A stretch of DNA of 64,000 nt, taken from contig CBDCTH010000012.1 in assembly GCA_965222155.1 (NCBI GenBank), positions 3,040,001 to 3,104,000 of the forward strand. The letters run 5' to 3'. The notes under the pieces were generated by a model. It worked only from the letters and a program-made list of their open reading frames with translations. It did no database searches and had not been told where the DNA came from. This DNA comes from Gammaproteobacteria bacterium. Lineage in GTDB: Bacteria; Pseudomonadota; Gammaproteobacteria; Eutrophobiales; Eutrophobiaceae. The translations under genes and the position numbers were made by a program. Positions 18,794-28,741 of the stretch are shown here, piece by piece. Every line of letters begins with the position of its first letter. The first letter of the stretch is position 1.

Positions 18794-20542
18794 ATGCAGC
18801 AAAACAAACCCACTGATCTTGTACTTTACTTGCGCTTGCTGACTTATGTAAAGCCCTATCTGAGGATTTTTCTCGTAGCCGTGCTTGCCATGGCGGTCCT
18901 GGCCCTGACCAGTCCGGCGATTGCCGCATTATTCAAAAACATTACGGAGGGTGTTTTTCAGCAGGCCGAAGTCAACCTGATGACCCGTGTGGTTATTCCG
19001 ATCATCCTGGTCTTTCTTGTTGCCGCAGTATCCTCTTATATCAGCAGGTATGCCCTTGCCTGGGTTGCTGAAAGGTTGGTCATGGACCTGCGTACAGAGA
19101 TGTTCAGCCGTTTGTTGCAGCTATCCTGCGCCGACCTGGACCGGCACACCGCCGGCAGCCTGGTCTCCAAATTCACCTTTGACGTGACTCAATTAAAGGA
19201 TACGGGCGCTAATGTAATCACCACCCTGAGCAGGGATACCCTGAGCATTATCGGGCTGGTAGCCTGGATGGCCTATATTGACTGGCTGCTGACGCTGATT
19301 GCGTTCCTGGCCGGTCCGGTAATATTGGCGGTATTGCTGGCCCTGCGTCTGCGCCTGCGCAAGCTGAGCCGGTTGGTACAGGGTGCCATGGCGGACTTGC
19401 ACCATGTACTGAATGAAGCCATCGCCGCGCACCGGATCGTCAAGATATTTGCCGGACAGGACCAGGAGAGCAAAAGGTTCGGGCAAACGGCCAATACCAA
19501 CCGCCGCATGAACATGAAGTTTGTCGCGGCCTCGGCTGCAGGCACGCCCGTAATCAACATGATTACGGCGCTGGTGCTGGGTGTCATCGTTTATGCGGCC
19601 GCGGCGCATGCGGCGGCCGGCCAGATTTCCGTAGCTGAATTCAATTCCTTTTTTGCCGCATTACTCATGTTAATGAGTCCGTTGCGCAGATTGTCACGGA
19701 TAAATGAAGATTTGCAAAAGGGCCTGACGGCAAGCGAGAGTGTGTTTGGCTTCATTGACCAGGCAGCGGAGGCGGACGAGGGCGATGTTTCCGTTACCAG
19801 GCTGGCGGGACAGATCGAATTCCGCGACGTCAGTTTTGCTTACGGCGAGGCAGGCGAACCGGTGTTGGAGAACGTATCGATGACTGTCATGCCGGGACAG
19901 ACTGTAGCCGTTATCGGCCCCTCAGGCAGTGGAAAGACCTCTCTGGTGAATTTAATAGCCCGGTTTTATGAAACGGCAAATGGTGAGATCCGGGTGGACG
20001 GGCATGATATTCGCACTCTTTCCCTGGCCCAACTGCGGGAGAATATCGCCCTGGTGAGCCAGGACGTGGTCTTGTACAACGATACAGTGTTCAATAACAT
20101 CGCCTATGGCAGTAACCGCACGGCAACCGTGGAACAGGTCAGGGAAGCGGCCCGCCTGGCCGACGCCCTGACGTTTGTCGAGGCGCTGGAGAACGGCTTC
20201 GACACGGTCATAGGTAATGACGGCTCACGGCTGTCGGGCGGCCAACGACAACGCATTGCCCTGGCGCGGGCCTTGTTGAAAGATGCACCCGTCCTGATCC
20301 TGGATGAGGCCACGGCAGCCCTGGACACTGAATCGGAACGCAGTATCCAACAGTCCCTGGAATCAATCAAGCAGGGCAGAACCTGTATTATCATTGCTCA
20401 CCGGCTGACGACCATCGAAAAGGCGGATCACATATTCGTCCTGGATAAGGGCAAGCTAGTCGATGCTGGGGTTCATTCCCGACTGATTGCCCGTGATGGG
20501 GTGTATGCCCGGCTGTACGCCGGAGAAAAAGAGGCGGGCTGA
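18794..20542 (+). CDS. msbA: Lipid A export ABC transporter MsbA
   Basis: Six-TM domain plus GPSGSGKT, LSGGQRQR, LILDEAT.ALDTESE. Confidence 0.85.
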   Translation: MQQNKPTDLVLYLRLLTYVKPYLRIFLVAVLAMAVLALTSPAIAALFKNITEGVFQQAEVNLMTRVVIPIILVFLVAAVSSYISRYALAWVAERLVMDLRTEMFSRLLQLSCADLDRHTAGSLVSKFTFDVTQLKDTGANVITTLSRDTLSIIGLVAWMAYIDWLLTLIAFLAGPVILAVLLALRLRLRKLSRLVQGAMADLHHVLNEAIAAHRIVKIFAGQDQESKRFGQTANTNRRMNMKFVAASAAGTPVINMITALVLGVIVYAAAAHAAAGQISVAEFNSFFAALLMLMSPLRRLSRINEDLQKGLTASESVFGFIDQAAEADEGDVSVTRLAGQIEFRDVSFAYGEAGEPVLENVSMTVMPGQTVAVIGPSGSGKTSLVNLIARFYETANGEIRVDGHDIRTLSLAQLRENIALVSQDVVLYNDTVFNNIAYGSNRTATVEQVREAARLADALTFVEALENGFDTVIGNDGSRLSGGQRQRIALARALLKDAPVLILDEATAALDTESERSIQQSLESIKQGRTCIIIAHRLTTIEKADHIFVLDKGKLVDAGVHSRLIARDGVYARLYAGEKEAG

Positions 20543-20554
20543 TTACGCCTTGAG

Positions 20555-20662
20555 CGTCGTTCCGGTGCTTGCCTGCAGCAGGCAAGCTGGAATCCAGCCA
20601 AACAAAGAGTCGCCTCCGACGACACGATAATAGACTGGGTTCCGGCATTCGCCGGAACGACG
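20555..20662. repeat. REP/RPE-like palindromic element
   Basis: Terminal IR CGTCGTTCCGG/CCGGAACGACG with inner GGAATCCAG/CTGGGTTCC arms. Confidence 0.7.
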
Positions 20663-20774
20663 GCGGGGGGCTGCGCCGGCATGACGGACTGAATTTTACG
20701 GCTGGTTTTCTGTCTTCAGAGGCAGAATCCGACAGTATGCGTTTGCTCTGCCTCACCTGTTGTCCAGCCGGTTG

Positions 20775-21271
20775 CTACGGAATATCGTGCTTATGCCGGG
20801 GCAGGTGGTCAGCGATCTCAAACCAGTTCAGCCGGCTTTCGGTCCAGATATGGTACTCGGGTTCCAGCTGTTCGGGGTCGTCCAGGGTAACCATATTAAG
20901 GGAACCTCTATTTATTCACAAATTGATATATTAGCGGTCAATGATTTCAATAAGTTAGCGACCCTGTGTATCGAAAAATGTCAATTATTAGAGGTTCCCT
21001 TAAGGTCGACTGTTTTTTTGTCCGCAGTATTTCTGAACAACAACTGGGTGCCGCAGTCCCGGCAGAATTCGCGCTGCCCCCATTCTGACGACTTGAATAC
21101 ACCAGGGACGCCGAGTGTATATCGGAATGCAGCGGCAGGGAAAGTGGCCCACGCCAGGACCGGGGCGCCGGCAGATCGCTGACACAGCTGGCAGTGACAG
21201 TAACCCGCATCGTCAGGCGCTGACAGGAATGAATAGCGTAACGTGCCGCACAGACAACCGCCTTCATACAT
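20775..21271 (-). pseudogene. GFA (CENP-V-like) protein interrupted by a MITE
   Basis: MYEGGCLCG..CHC..CQR..FCRDCG. Removing 20900-21003 restores ..TVDLNMVTLDDPEQLEPEYHIWTESRLNWFEIADHLPRHKHDIP*. Confidence 0.9.
20900..20999. mobile_element. 100-bp MITE (IS5-like ends) with TTAA target duplication
   Basis: TIRs GGGAACCTCTATTTATT / AATTATTAGAGGTTCCC; TTAA at 20896-20899 and 21000-21003. Confidence 0.9.
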
Positions 21272-21385
21272 AAGTATCCCTCCTGCCCTCCTGAAGCTGT
21301 ATAACACATCAGTTCTCCGCTCGAGCCGGGCCAAAAGTGCATCAGCTGAATTCTGCATCGATATTCTTTCCAAACATTTATAACA

Positions 21386-21826
21386 TCAGATCACGGCTAA
21401 GGACGCAGAATTTGCTCGTTTTGCTACGTTAACAGGAATGGCGTGATCGAATGTGACAAACCGGCATTCGTTTTCAACAGCCAGTGCCAGAAGGTAGATG
21501 TCCGTTACTTGGCGGGGACTTAGCAAACGGTCATGATCGATCGTATCGGAATTGAGAAGACTGATGTTATCCGAAATAAAGACATGGTGGTTTGTGGATA
21601 TCGCATTTTGCAGCCGGTTAATAATTTCAGTGATGTGGACTGCGTTGGGATAACGGGGCTGTGACATGATTCGGATGCAGCCATTTTGGGTAAGAGGGCA
21701 GGAAGCCCAGCCATGGATGATGTTATCTTCCAACCATTCTGAAGCCGCGCCATGGTGTGTATGGTCTTCATCAAATAGAGCAATAAGCACATTGATATCC
21801 AGTAACGCCCTCATCCGTTCAGTCAC
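21386..21826 (-). CDS. vapC: VapC PIN-domain toxin
   Basis: LLDINVLIAL, CPLTQNG, QVTDIYLLALA, FVTFD; the start may be ATG 21814. Confidence 0.9.
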   Translation of the reverse strand: MTERMRALLDINVLIALFDEDHTHHGAASEWLEDNIIHGWASCPLTQNGCIRIMSQPRYPNAVHITEIINRLQNAISTNHHVFISDNISLLNSDTIDHDRLLSPRQVTDIYLLALAVENECRFVTFDHAIPVNVAKRANSASLAVI

Positions 21827-22067
21827 CCAACTCTTCCCGGAGTTGATTAATATGTCGGTTGGTCACTACGCCGCCACGGGACGGAACAGGCTGGAAACCG
21901 TAAACATCTTTGCTTAATGCCAGTTTCGTTCGCATTTGGCCGGAGCGAACGCGCAGAGCCTGACGTAGTAATTCCGATATGACCTGCCCGGCTGTTTTGC
22001 ACTCCCGTTCGGCCAGTTCTTTGGCTGCAATAAGCAATTCTGTATCAATGTTCAAGGTTGTACGCAT
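21819..22067 (-). CDS. vapB: VapB-like RHH/CopG antitoxin
   Basis: MRTTLNID..L.AAKELA..TAGQVISELLRQAL..GGVVTN..I..LREE; three tandem A(A/T)ACATC heptamers upstream (22104-22124). Confidence 0.85.
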   Translation of the reverse strand: MRTTLNIDTELLIAAKELAERECKTAGQVISELLRQALRVRSGQMRTKLALSKDVYGFQPVPSRGGVVTNRHINQLREELGD

Positions 22068-22224
22068 CGTGTGTCTCCAGTAATCAGGTGATAGTAGATC
22101 ATTAAACATCATACATCAAACATCTTCAGTCTACGGCAGAAGTTCCCGCGTTTAACCGGAAGGGAATTTTGCAGGCTGTTTAGTATTTCGAGATCGATCA
22201 ATCCCGCACCGGGTGGGGGGTCAC

Positions 22225-23550
22225 TTATTCCCCGGCAATGGTCATGTTCTCGATCAATACCGAGCCGGTTTTGATGTTGCCCCGGTTGTCCACGTCGTTA
22301 GCTATGCTGACGATGTTCTGAAACATGTCCTTCAGGTTGGCGGCGACGGTGATCTCCTCAACGGGGTACTGGATCTCGCCCCGTTCAATCCAGAATCCTG
22401 ACGCTCCCCGGGAATAATCGCCGGTGATCTGGTTGACGCCGAACCCGATCATGTCGGTGATCAACAAACCGGTATCCATTTGTCTTATGAGTGCCTCCAG
22501 GTCCTGCTCACTGACCTGCACCATCAGGTTATGCACTCCACCGGCATTCCCGGTGGGGGGCAATCCCAGCTTACGGGCGGAATAAGCACTTAATACATAG
22601 CTTTCCAGAACCCCGTCCCTGACCAGTTGTTTTCGTTTCGTAGCCATACCGTCATTGTCAAACGGGGCGCTGCCGAGCTGTTTTGGCAAATGGGGCTGTT
22701 CTTCGATTTGCACCTGCGGGGCAAACACCTGTTCACCCAGCTTATCCAGTAGGAACGAGGCGCGTCGATATAAGGCGCCACCGGAGATGGCGCTGATTAA
22801 CGCGGAAAACAACCCCCGGGCAACCGGCGCCTCGAAGATGACCGGCGCCGAGCGAGTGGATAATTTGCGCGCATTCAACCGCGACAAGGTACGGCGGGCA
22901 GCTTCCTCCCCCACGGTTTTGACGTTATCGAGATCACGCTGGTCCCGGGCTTTGGTATACCAGCCGTCCCGTTGCATTTTACCGTTTTCTTCGGCAATAA
23001 CCGCGCAGTCGATGTTATGGGACGACCAGTCCCAGCCGTTGACAAAGTGATTGGTGTTGCCGTACAGGTGCGAGCCTGTATAGGTTGATACCAGAGCCCC
23101 GTCGGAATTGGTCAGGCGTTGGTCCGTTTGCCGCGCTGCGTCTTCACATTCCAGGGCGAGTTCAATGGCTTCATGGGGACTGATGCCCCAACGGTGACAT
23201 AGATCCAGGTCCGGGACTTGTTTTGCCAGGAATTCAGGATCAATCAACCCGGCGCAATCGTCTTCGCTGGCGTTTCCCGCAATGGTACAAGCGGCGTTGA
23301 CGGTGGCTTCGACTGCTTTGGCGGAAAAATCCGTGGTGGAAGCCGAACCCTTGCGCTTCCCCATATATACCGTTATTCCGAGACTTTTATCGCGTTGATG
23401 TTCTATGGTCTCAACCTGGCCCATACGTACGTTTACCGACAGGCCGCCACCCGTGCTGATATCGGCTTCCGCTGAATTAGCGCCCTGATCCCGGCTGCGC
23501 GACAAGGCCTTGTCAATAATCGCGCGGGCGTCTTCGAGATGGATTTGCAT
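22225..23550 (-). CDS. pmbA: Metalloprotease PmbA/TldE
   Basis: RKGSASTTD, YRRASFL, PFDNDG, TGNAGG, TGDYSRGASGFW. Confidence 0.95.
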   Translation of the reverse strand: MQIHLEDARAIIDKALSRSRDQGANSAEADISTGGGLSVNVRMGQVETIEHQRDKSLGITVYMGKRKGSASTTDFSAKAVEATVNAACTIAGNASEDDCAGLIDPEFLAKQVPDLDLCHRWGISPHEAIELALECEDAARQTDQRLTNSDGALVSTYTGSHLYGNTNHFVNGWDWSSHNIDCAVIAEENGKMQRDGWYTKARDQRDLDNVKTVGEEAARRTLSRLNARKLSTRSAPVIFEAPVARGLFSALISAISGGALYRRASFLLDKLGEQVFAPQVQIEEQPHLPKQLGSAPFDNDGMATKRKQLVRDGVLESYVLSAYSARKLGLPPTGNAGGVHNLMVQVSEQDLEALIRQMDTGLLITDMIGFGVNQITGDYSRGASGFWIERGEIQYPVEEITVAANLKDMFQNIVSIANDVDNRGNIKTGSVLIENMTIAGE

Positions 23551-23576
23551 AGTCAAAATAAATCATTCTATCATCC

Positions 23577-23751
23577 TTAACCCGCATTTCTCACCAGTTC
23601 GCTTATCGTCACCGGAAATTTGTTTGCTGTCAATGAGTTAAAATACATTATTCACTATGTCACCATTACAAACTGCGCTTGATGCGCCCGCGCTGGCGGC
23701 AAAAATCCTGCGCGATCTTCGCATCAACTGGTAATGAGAAATGCGGGTTAA
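23577..23751. mobile_element. Miniature element copy A (IS1380-like ends, TTAA flanks)
   Basis: TTAA-CCCGCATTTCTCA...TGAGAAATGCGGG-TTAA; internal blocks shared with 56265-56608 and 60704-60951. Confidence 0.8.
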
Positions 23752-23840
23752 ACGGGTTACAACGGTCTAATGCACGTTTCCGCCGCATCGTTGTCAATTT
23801 GACGGCTGAAATTGACCTGCCTGTCAGTTACAATGAATTG

Positions 23841-25994
23841 ATGGACGTTTCGGTCGTATTAGACGGGTTGAATGACGCACAACGGCAGACTGTGGCCGCC
23901 CCCACCGGCAATCTCCTGGTGCTGGCAGGCGCGGGCAGTGGTAAAACCCGGGTACTGGTGCATCGTATCGCCTGGTATCTGCAAACGGAGCAGGCCTCAC
24001 CTTTTGGCATCCTCGCAGTCACGTTCACTAATAAGGCCGCCGCAGAGATGCGGGCCCGGATTGAAACCCTGTTGCAGCGGCCTATCGGCGGCATGTGGGT
24101 AGGCACGTTTCACGGCCTCGCCCATCGGATTTTACGCCTGCACTGGCAGGAAGCGGGTCTGCCGAACAGCTTTCAGATCCTTGACAGTGACGACCAGTTG
24201 CGCACTCTGCGACGGGTTATCAGGGGCATGAACCTGGATGAGGCACAATACTCTGCCAGGGAGGCCCAGTGGTTCATCAATGCGCGCAAGGATGACGGTT
24301 TAAGACCGCAGCACATAGAATCCCGCGCTGATCCCATTCTTGAACAAATGGTACATATCTACCGTACCTACCAACAGACCTGCGACCGTAGCGGGCTGGT
24401 GGATTTTGCCGAGCTGTTGTTGAGGGCCCACGAGTTGTTTCGTGACCAGGACAGCTTGTTGGGTCATTATCAGCAGCGCTTTCGTCACATACTGGTAGAT
24501 GAATTCCAGGATACCAACACATTACAATATGCCTGGTTGCGATTGCTGGTGGGCAGGGACAGCCACTTATTTGCGGTTGGCGATGACGATCAATCCATTT
24601 ACAGTTTTCGCGGGGCGCGCATGGAAAACATGCAACGCTTTGAACGGGATTTCCCGACGCCGGTGTTGCATCGGCTGGAACAGAACTATCGATCAACAAC
24701 CAACATTTTGAATGCCGCCAACGCCCTGATTGCCAACAACGTAACCCGCCTGGGCAAAAACCTGTGGAGCGACGGGAAAGCGGGCGGCAAACTCGACCTT
24801 TACGCGGCTTATAACGAGCACGATGAGGCCCGCTTTGTGGTGGAGCGGATCAGGGCGGCCAGCCAGGACAACATCAATTTCCAGGACACTGCCGTCCTGT
24901 ACCGGGTCAGCGCCACGTCACGGGTACTGGAAGAGGCATTAATGCGGGTCCAGGTGCCCTATCGCGTATTCGGGGGTATGCGTTTTTATGAACGTATGGA
25001 AATCAAGGACGCGCTGGCTTACTTGCGTCTTGCCGTCTCCAGGGATGACGATGCCTCTTTCGAGCGCATTGTCAACACTCCCAATCGAGGTATCGGACAG
25101 CGCAGCCTGGAACAAATCCGTGGCCGGGCCCGGACGGAAAACGTATCGTTATGGCGGGCTGCCGCGGGATTGGTATCGGATAAGTTGATGTCAGCCCGCG
25201 CCCTGTCCGCACTGGGGCAGTTTCTCAGTCTCATAGAGAAGATAGCACAGTCCATTTGTGATAAAACCCTTGATGAGTCTATGGATATCGTCATCAAGAG
25301 CAGCGGTCTCGTTGAGCACTATCGCAAAGAGCGGGGTGAGAAGGGTGTTGCCCGGATAGAGAATTTGGAAGAACTCATCAGTGCCGCGGGGGAGTTTAGC
25401 GTGGATAAAGACGTACACGGTGACATGGAACCCATGTCTGCTTTTCTATCTCATGCCGCGCTGGAGGCGGGTGAGACTCAGGCCGACGCGTACACCGATG
25501 CGGTCAATTTAATGACCATACACACTGCCAAAGGCCTGGAGTTTGAGCAGGTTTACCTGGTTGGCATGGAGGAGGGACTATTCCCCCATCAGCGCAGCTC
25601 CGACGACCCGGCGCAACTGGAAGAGGAGCGACGACTTTGTTACGTGGGTATTACCCGGGCCAGGAGGAAACTGACCCTGAGTTACGCACAGCATCGACGC
25701 CTGCACGGCGCGGATTTTTATCCGCAACCTTCCCGCTTTTTGCGGGAGATTCCTGCAGAACTCATTGATGAAATCCGCATGGGTGGGGCAGTAAGTCGTG
25801 AGTTTTTCAGCAAGGTGACCTGCGCAGACGATGTCCCGTTCGGCCCAGGCCAGCGGGTGCTACATGCCAGGTTCGGAGAAGGCACTGTTTTGAACCTGGA
25901 AGGCCAGGGCAGCCATACCCGAATACAGGTAAACTTCGAGAGAGCAGGCTCAAAATGGCTGGTGCTGGCCTATGCAAACCTGCAACCCGCCTGA
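23841..25994 (+). CDS. uvrD: DNA helicase II
   Basis: LAGAGSGKTRVL, TFTNKAA, LVDEFQD, VGDDDQSIY, NYRS, H.AKGLEF, EERRLCYVG. Confidence 0.97.
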   Translation: MDVSVVLDGLNDAQRQTVAAPTGNLLVLAGAGSGKTRVLVHRIAWYLQTEQASPFGILAVTFTNKAAAEMRARIETLLQRPIGGMWVGTFHGLAHRILRLHWQEAGLPNSFQILDSDDQLRTLRRVIRGMNLDEAQYSAREAQWFINARKDDGLRPQHIESRADPILEQMVHIYRTYQQTCDRSGLVDFAELLLRAHELFRDQDSLLGHYQQRFRHILVDEFQDTNTLQYAWLRLLVGRDSHLFAVGDDDQSIYSFRGARMENMQRFERDFPTPVLHRLEQNYRSTTNILNAANALIANNVTRLGKNLWSDGKAGGKLDLYAAYNEHDEARFVVERIRAASQDNINFQDTAVLYRVSATSRVLEEALMRVQVPYRVFGGMRFYERMEIKDALAYLRLAVSRDDDASFERIVNTPNRGIGQRSLEQIRGRARTENVSLWRAAAGLVSDKLMSARALSALGQFLSLIEKIAQSICDKTLDESMDIVIKSSGLVEHYRKERGEKGVARIENLEELISAAGEFSVDKDVHGDMEPMSAFLSHAALEAGETQADAYTDAVNLMTIHTAKGLEFEQVYLVGMEEGLFPHQRSSDDPAQLEEERRLCYVGITRARRKLTLSYAQHRRLHGADFYPQPSRFLREIPAELIDEIRMGGAVSREFFSKVTCADDVPFGPGQRVLHARFGEGTVLNLEGQGSHTRIQVNFERAGSKWLVLAYANLQPA

Positions 25995-26123
25995 TCCGGT
26001 CCATGACAGTGATCCTGAGGGCCGCAGCGGGCATAGAGCCTGCCCCCCATGGCTGGATACCGGGCAATCCCTGTCCGCTATAACGACTGAACCCGTCGGA
26101 GGGTCGATACGGAGAGTGAAACA

Positions 26124-27251
26124 ATGAAAGAACATAACAACACATCCTTAATTTTGCTGATAACACGACGATTACCTTCTCTCCTGCTCGCCATTATTGT
26201 TAGCGGTTGTGGGGACGCTGGACCGGGTGAGGCCGGGAAGGCGAGTGCCGATACCGGCAAGGTCTATCGCTGGAAGATGGTGACCACCTGGCCGGCAAAT
26301 TTTCCAGTGTTCCAGGAAGCACCGGAGATGTTTGCCGAAAACCTTCGGGTCATGAGCCATGGCCGGTTGGATATCAAGGTCTTTGCCGGGGGGGAACTGG
26401 TCCCGGCCCTGCAGGTATTTGACGCCGTCTCCCAGGGCGCCGTGGAAATAGGGCATGGCTCCGCCTATTACTGGGCCGGCAAGGTCCCGTCCGCACAGTT
26501 TTTTTCTACCGTTCCTTTCGGTATGGAGAAGAAAGGTGTGGAGGCCTGGCTTTATCACGGCGGCGGATTGGAAATATGGAACGAGTTATACCAACCGTTT
26601 AACGTGATTGCCCTGCCTGTCGGCAATACCGGCGTGCAGATGGGCGGCTGGTTCAACAAGAAGATAGAGAGCATTGATGATTTGAAGGGGTTGCGCATGC
26701 GCATCCCCGGACTGGGCGGCAAGGTATTGGACCGGGCGGGCGGCAATCCCGTATTGATGTCAGGAGGCGAGCTCTACACGGCCCTGGAGCGAGGTACAAT
26801 AGATGCCACAGAGTGGGTTGGACCTCTCCATGACCTGCGTCTGGGCCTGAACCGGGCGGCGACTTACTATTATTATCCCGGCTGGCACGAACCGGGTACG
26901 GAATTGGAACTACTGATTAACAAAGCGCGCTGGGACAGCCTGCCCGCGGATCTGCAACGGATGGTCAAACAAGCCGCCGCCGCTACCAGTGTATGGACAT
27001 ACAGCGCCATGGAATACCATAACAGCCAGGCGCTTAAGGAATTATCCACGAAAAAGAATGTGCAGTTGTTACCGTTTCCGCCTGACGTGATGCGGGAATT
27101 ACGTAATATCACCGTTCAAACCCTGATCGGCGAGGCAGAAAAAGATCCTGATTTCAAGCGCGTATACGACGCTTACCAGTCGTTTCGGCTGGAGTACCAG
27201 CCCTGGCACAGTCTCACTTCACAGGCGTTGGAGATTGGCGCGCAGCCCTGA
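26124..27251 (+). CDS. TRAP transporter substrate-binding protein (DctP/TakP-like, lipobox)
   Basis: WKMVTTWP, GNTGVQMGGWF, MRIPGLGG, DATEWVGP, YPGWHEPG; lipobox VSGC. Confidence 0.9.
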   Translation: MKEHNNTSLILLITRRLPSLLLAIIVSGCGDAGPGEAGKASADTGKVYRWKMVTTWPANFPVFQEAPEMFAENLRVMSHGRLDIKVFAGGELVPALQVFDAVSQGAVEIGHGSAYYWAGKVPSAQFFSTVPFGMEKKGVEAWLYHGGGLEIWNELYQPFNVIALPVGNTGVQMGGWFNKKIESIDDLKGLRMRIPGLGGKVLDRAGGNPVLMSGGELYTALERGTIDATEWVGPLHDLRLGLNRAATYYYYPGWHEPGTELELLINKARWDSLPADLQRMVKQAAAATSVWTYSAMEYHNSQALKELSTKKNVQLLPFPPDVMRELRNITVQTLIGEAEKDPDFKRVYDAYQSFRLEYQPWHSLTSQALEIGAQP

Positions 27252-27272
27252 TACTCTGCTGTCGGTTCATGA

Positions 27273-28175
27273 TCAGGCGGAAGATTGCCGCCGGTAATAT
27301 AAATAGCAGAGCAAACAGAAAACCAGTAGCCAGACCGAGGCCAAATCTCCCATGAATTGATCATAACGGTTTACCAGGTGGGCATGGGGATTATGTGGAG
27401 TGAAATCGGCGGCGTATTGGATAATCTTTTCTCCTGCTATTACCCCTGCGTGAATACCGATACAAGGCAGGAGGCTGTCAGTCAAAATCCGCACCAGGCC
27501 CAGCAACAGGCCCAGCAGGAACAAGGTCAGCATGGCGTCGTACCTTGTCGGATCGGCAAACTGGAACAGTGCCTGCGGCAATATTGAAACGCCGGTAAAC
27601 CAGGAAACAACCGTGTCCGCCGGCAGCTCACGAAATTTGAGATAGTGTGCGGCGGCATATACCAGGCTCACCATAAAAAGGGCAGCTATCTTGTTTGTCT
27701 GTCGGCTCAAGCCGCCGAACAGGGCGCCGCGGAAGATCACCTCTTCAATAACGCTAACCAGCAATCCGACAATCAGTCCGTTGAGTAACAGCAGAGACAG
27801 GGAATTAAGCATGAAACTTTGCTCCCGATCAGGTTCGTGGATACCCAGTATCAGGAGGTTGGACTCGATTACCGCCATAATAGCCAATCCCGCAATCATC
27901 CCATGGAATAACCGGACATGGGCTTTGTGAGGGCTGATGCCAAGTTGCTGCAGTGACAGCCTGTGACAGCAAGAGAGATAAAGCAGGCTGAACAGCAGAC
28001 CGCTGAAAAGCGTTGTCTTGGATATTATTTTTCTGAAAGGGACTTCCGCGAATACGGAATAAATCTCATAAACGGGATATGCGATGAGCGCGCCGAACAG
28101 GATGGCGATAATAAAAACACCGGTAAAAACCAGCAGGGCACGCAAGACATGCCAAGTGGGCGTCTTACGATTCAT
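27273..28175 (-). CDS. CPBP (Abi/CAAX) intramembrane metalloprotease
   Basis: EEVIFRG, YAAAH, IGIHAG; multiple TM segments. Confidence 0.85.
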   Translation of the reverse strand: MNRKTPTWHVLRALLVFTGVFIIAILFGALIAYPVYEIYSVFAEVPFRKIISKTTLFSGLLFSLLYLSCCHRLSLQQLGISPHKAHVRLFHGMIAGLAIMAVIESNLLILGIHEPDREQSFMLNSLSLLLLNGLIVGLLVSVIEEVIFRGALFGGLSRQTNKIAALFMVSLVYAAAHYLKFRELPADTVVSWFTGVSILPQALFQFADPTRYDAMLTLFLLGLLLGLVRILTDSLLPCIGIHAGVIAGEKIIQYAADFTPHNPHAHLVNRYDQFMGDLASVWLLVFCLLCYLYYRRQSSA

Positions 28176-28193
28176 TTATCAGTTTGGTGCAGA

Positions 28194-28712
28194 TTATTGG
28201 CTGTTTGCGACCATGAAATCCACTGCCGCTTTGACTTCCTCATCGGTCAGGTTGATATTGCCGCCCTTGGGCGGCATTGCGATGATTCCGCCCTCACTGA
28301 TAAAGCCCTTGATGGCACGTTCATACATCAGCGCCATGCCCTGGGCAATGCGGCTTTCCCAAGCTGCCATGTCACCAACTTTGGGAATGCCGGGCAACCC
28401 GTTATGACAGCTGATGCAAAGCCCCTGGTACACTCTCTGGCCCATATCAACGGACTCCCCGTTGACTGCCGTCTCAACAGCTACCAACTCCATTTCTTCG
28501 GTTGTCTCATCAAGCACGTTCACCACGCCCACCGGGACGGTATTCGCCGATACTTTGGTTGATTGTTTGAGGGCGATGGCGTCTTCATCCACACCCAGGT
28601 AAAACGCCAGCACCAGAAATATGATGATCATCACAGCCAGCAGGCCAATGACAATCGAATAATTATAAAAAAATACTCGATCCTTATCCAAACTCATCGC
28701 AACTATCCTCAC
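28194..28712 (-). CDS. Cytochrome c5
   Basis: TM anchor, CISCH, W..RIAQG, MPPKGG. Confidence 0.9.
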   Translation of the reverse strand: MRIVAMSLDKDRVFFYNYSIVIGLLAVMIIIFLVLAFYLGVDEDAIALKQSTKVSANTVPVGVVNVLDETTEEMELVAVETAVNGESVDMGQRVYQGLCISCHNGLPGIPKVGDMAAWESRIAQGMALMYERAIKGFISEGGIIAMPPKGGNINLTDEEVKAAVDFMVANSQ

Positions 28713-28741
28713 TCAATCAGTGGAATTATCTTTTAGTCAAT

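Noticed and set aside
22104-22124. Tandem heptamer repeats as an array or iteron set
   Set aside because: Only three units directly upstream of vapB; most simply an antitoxin operator.
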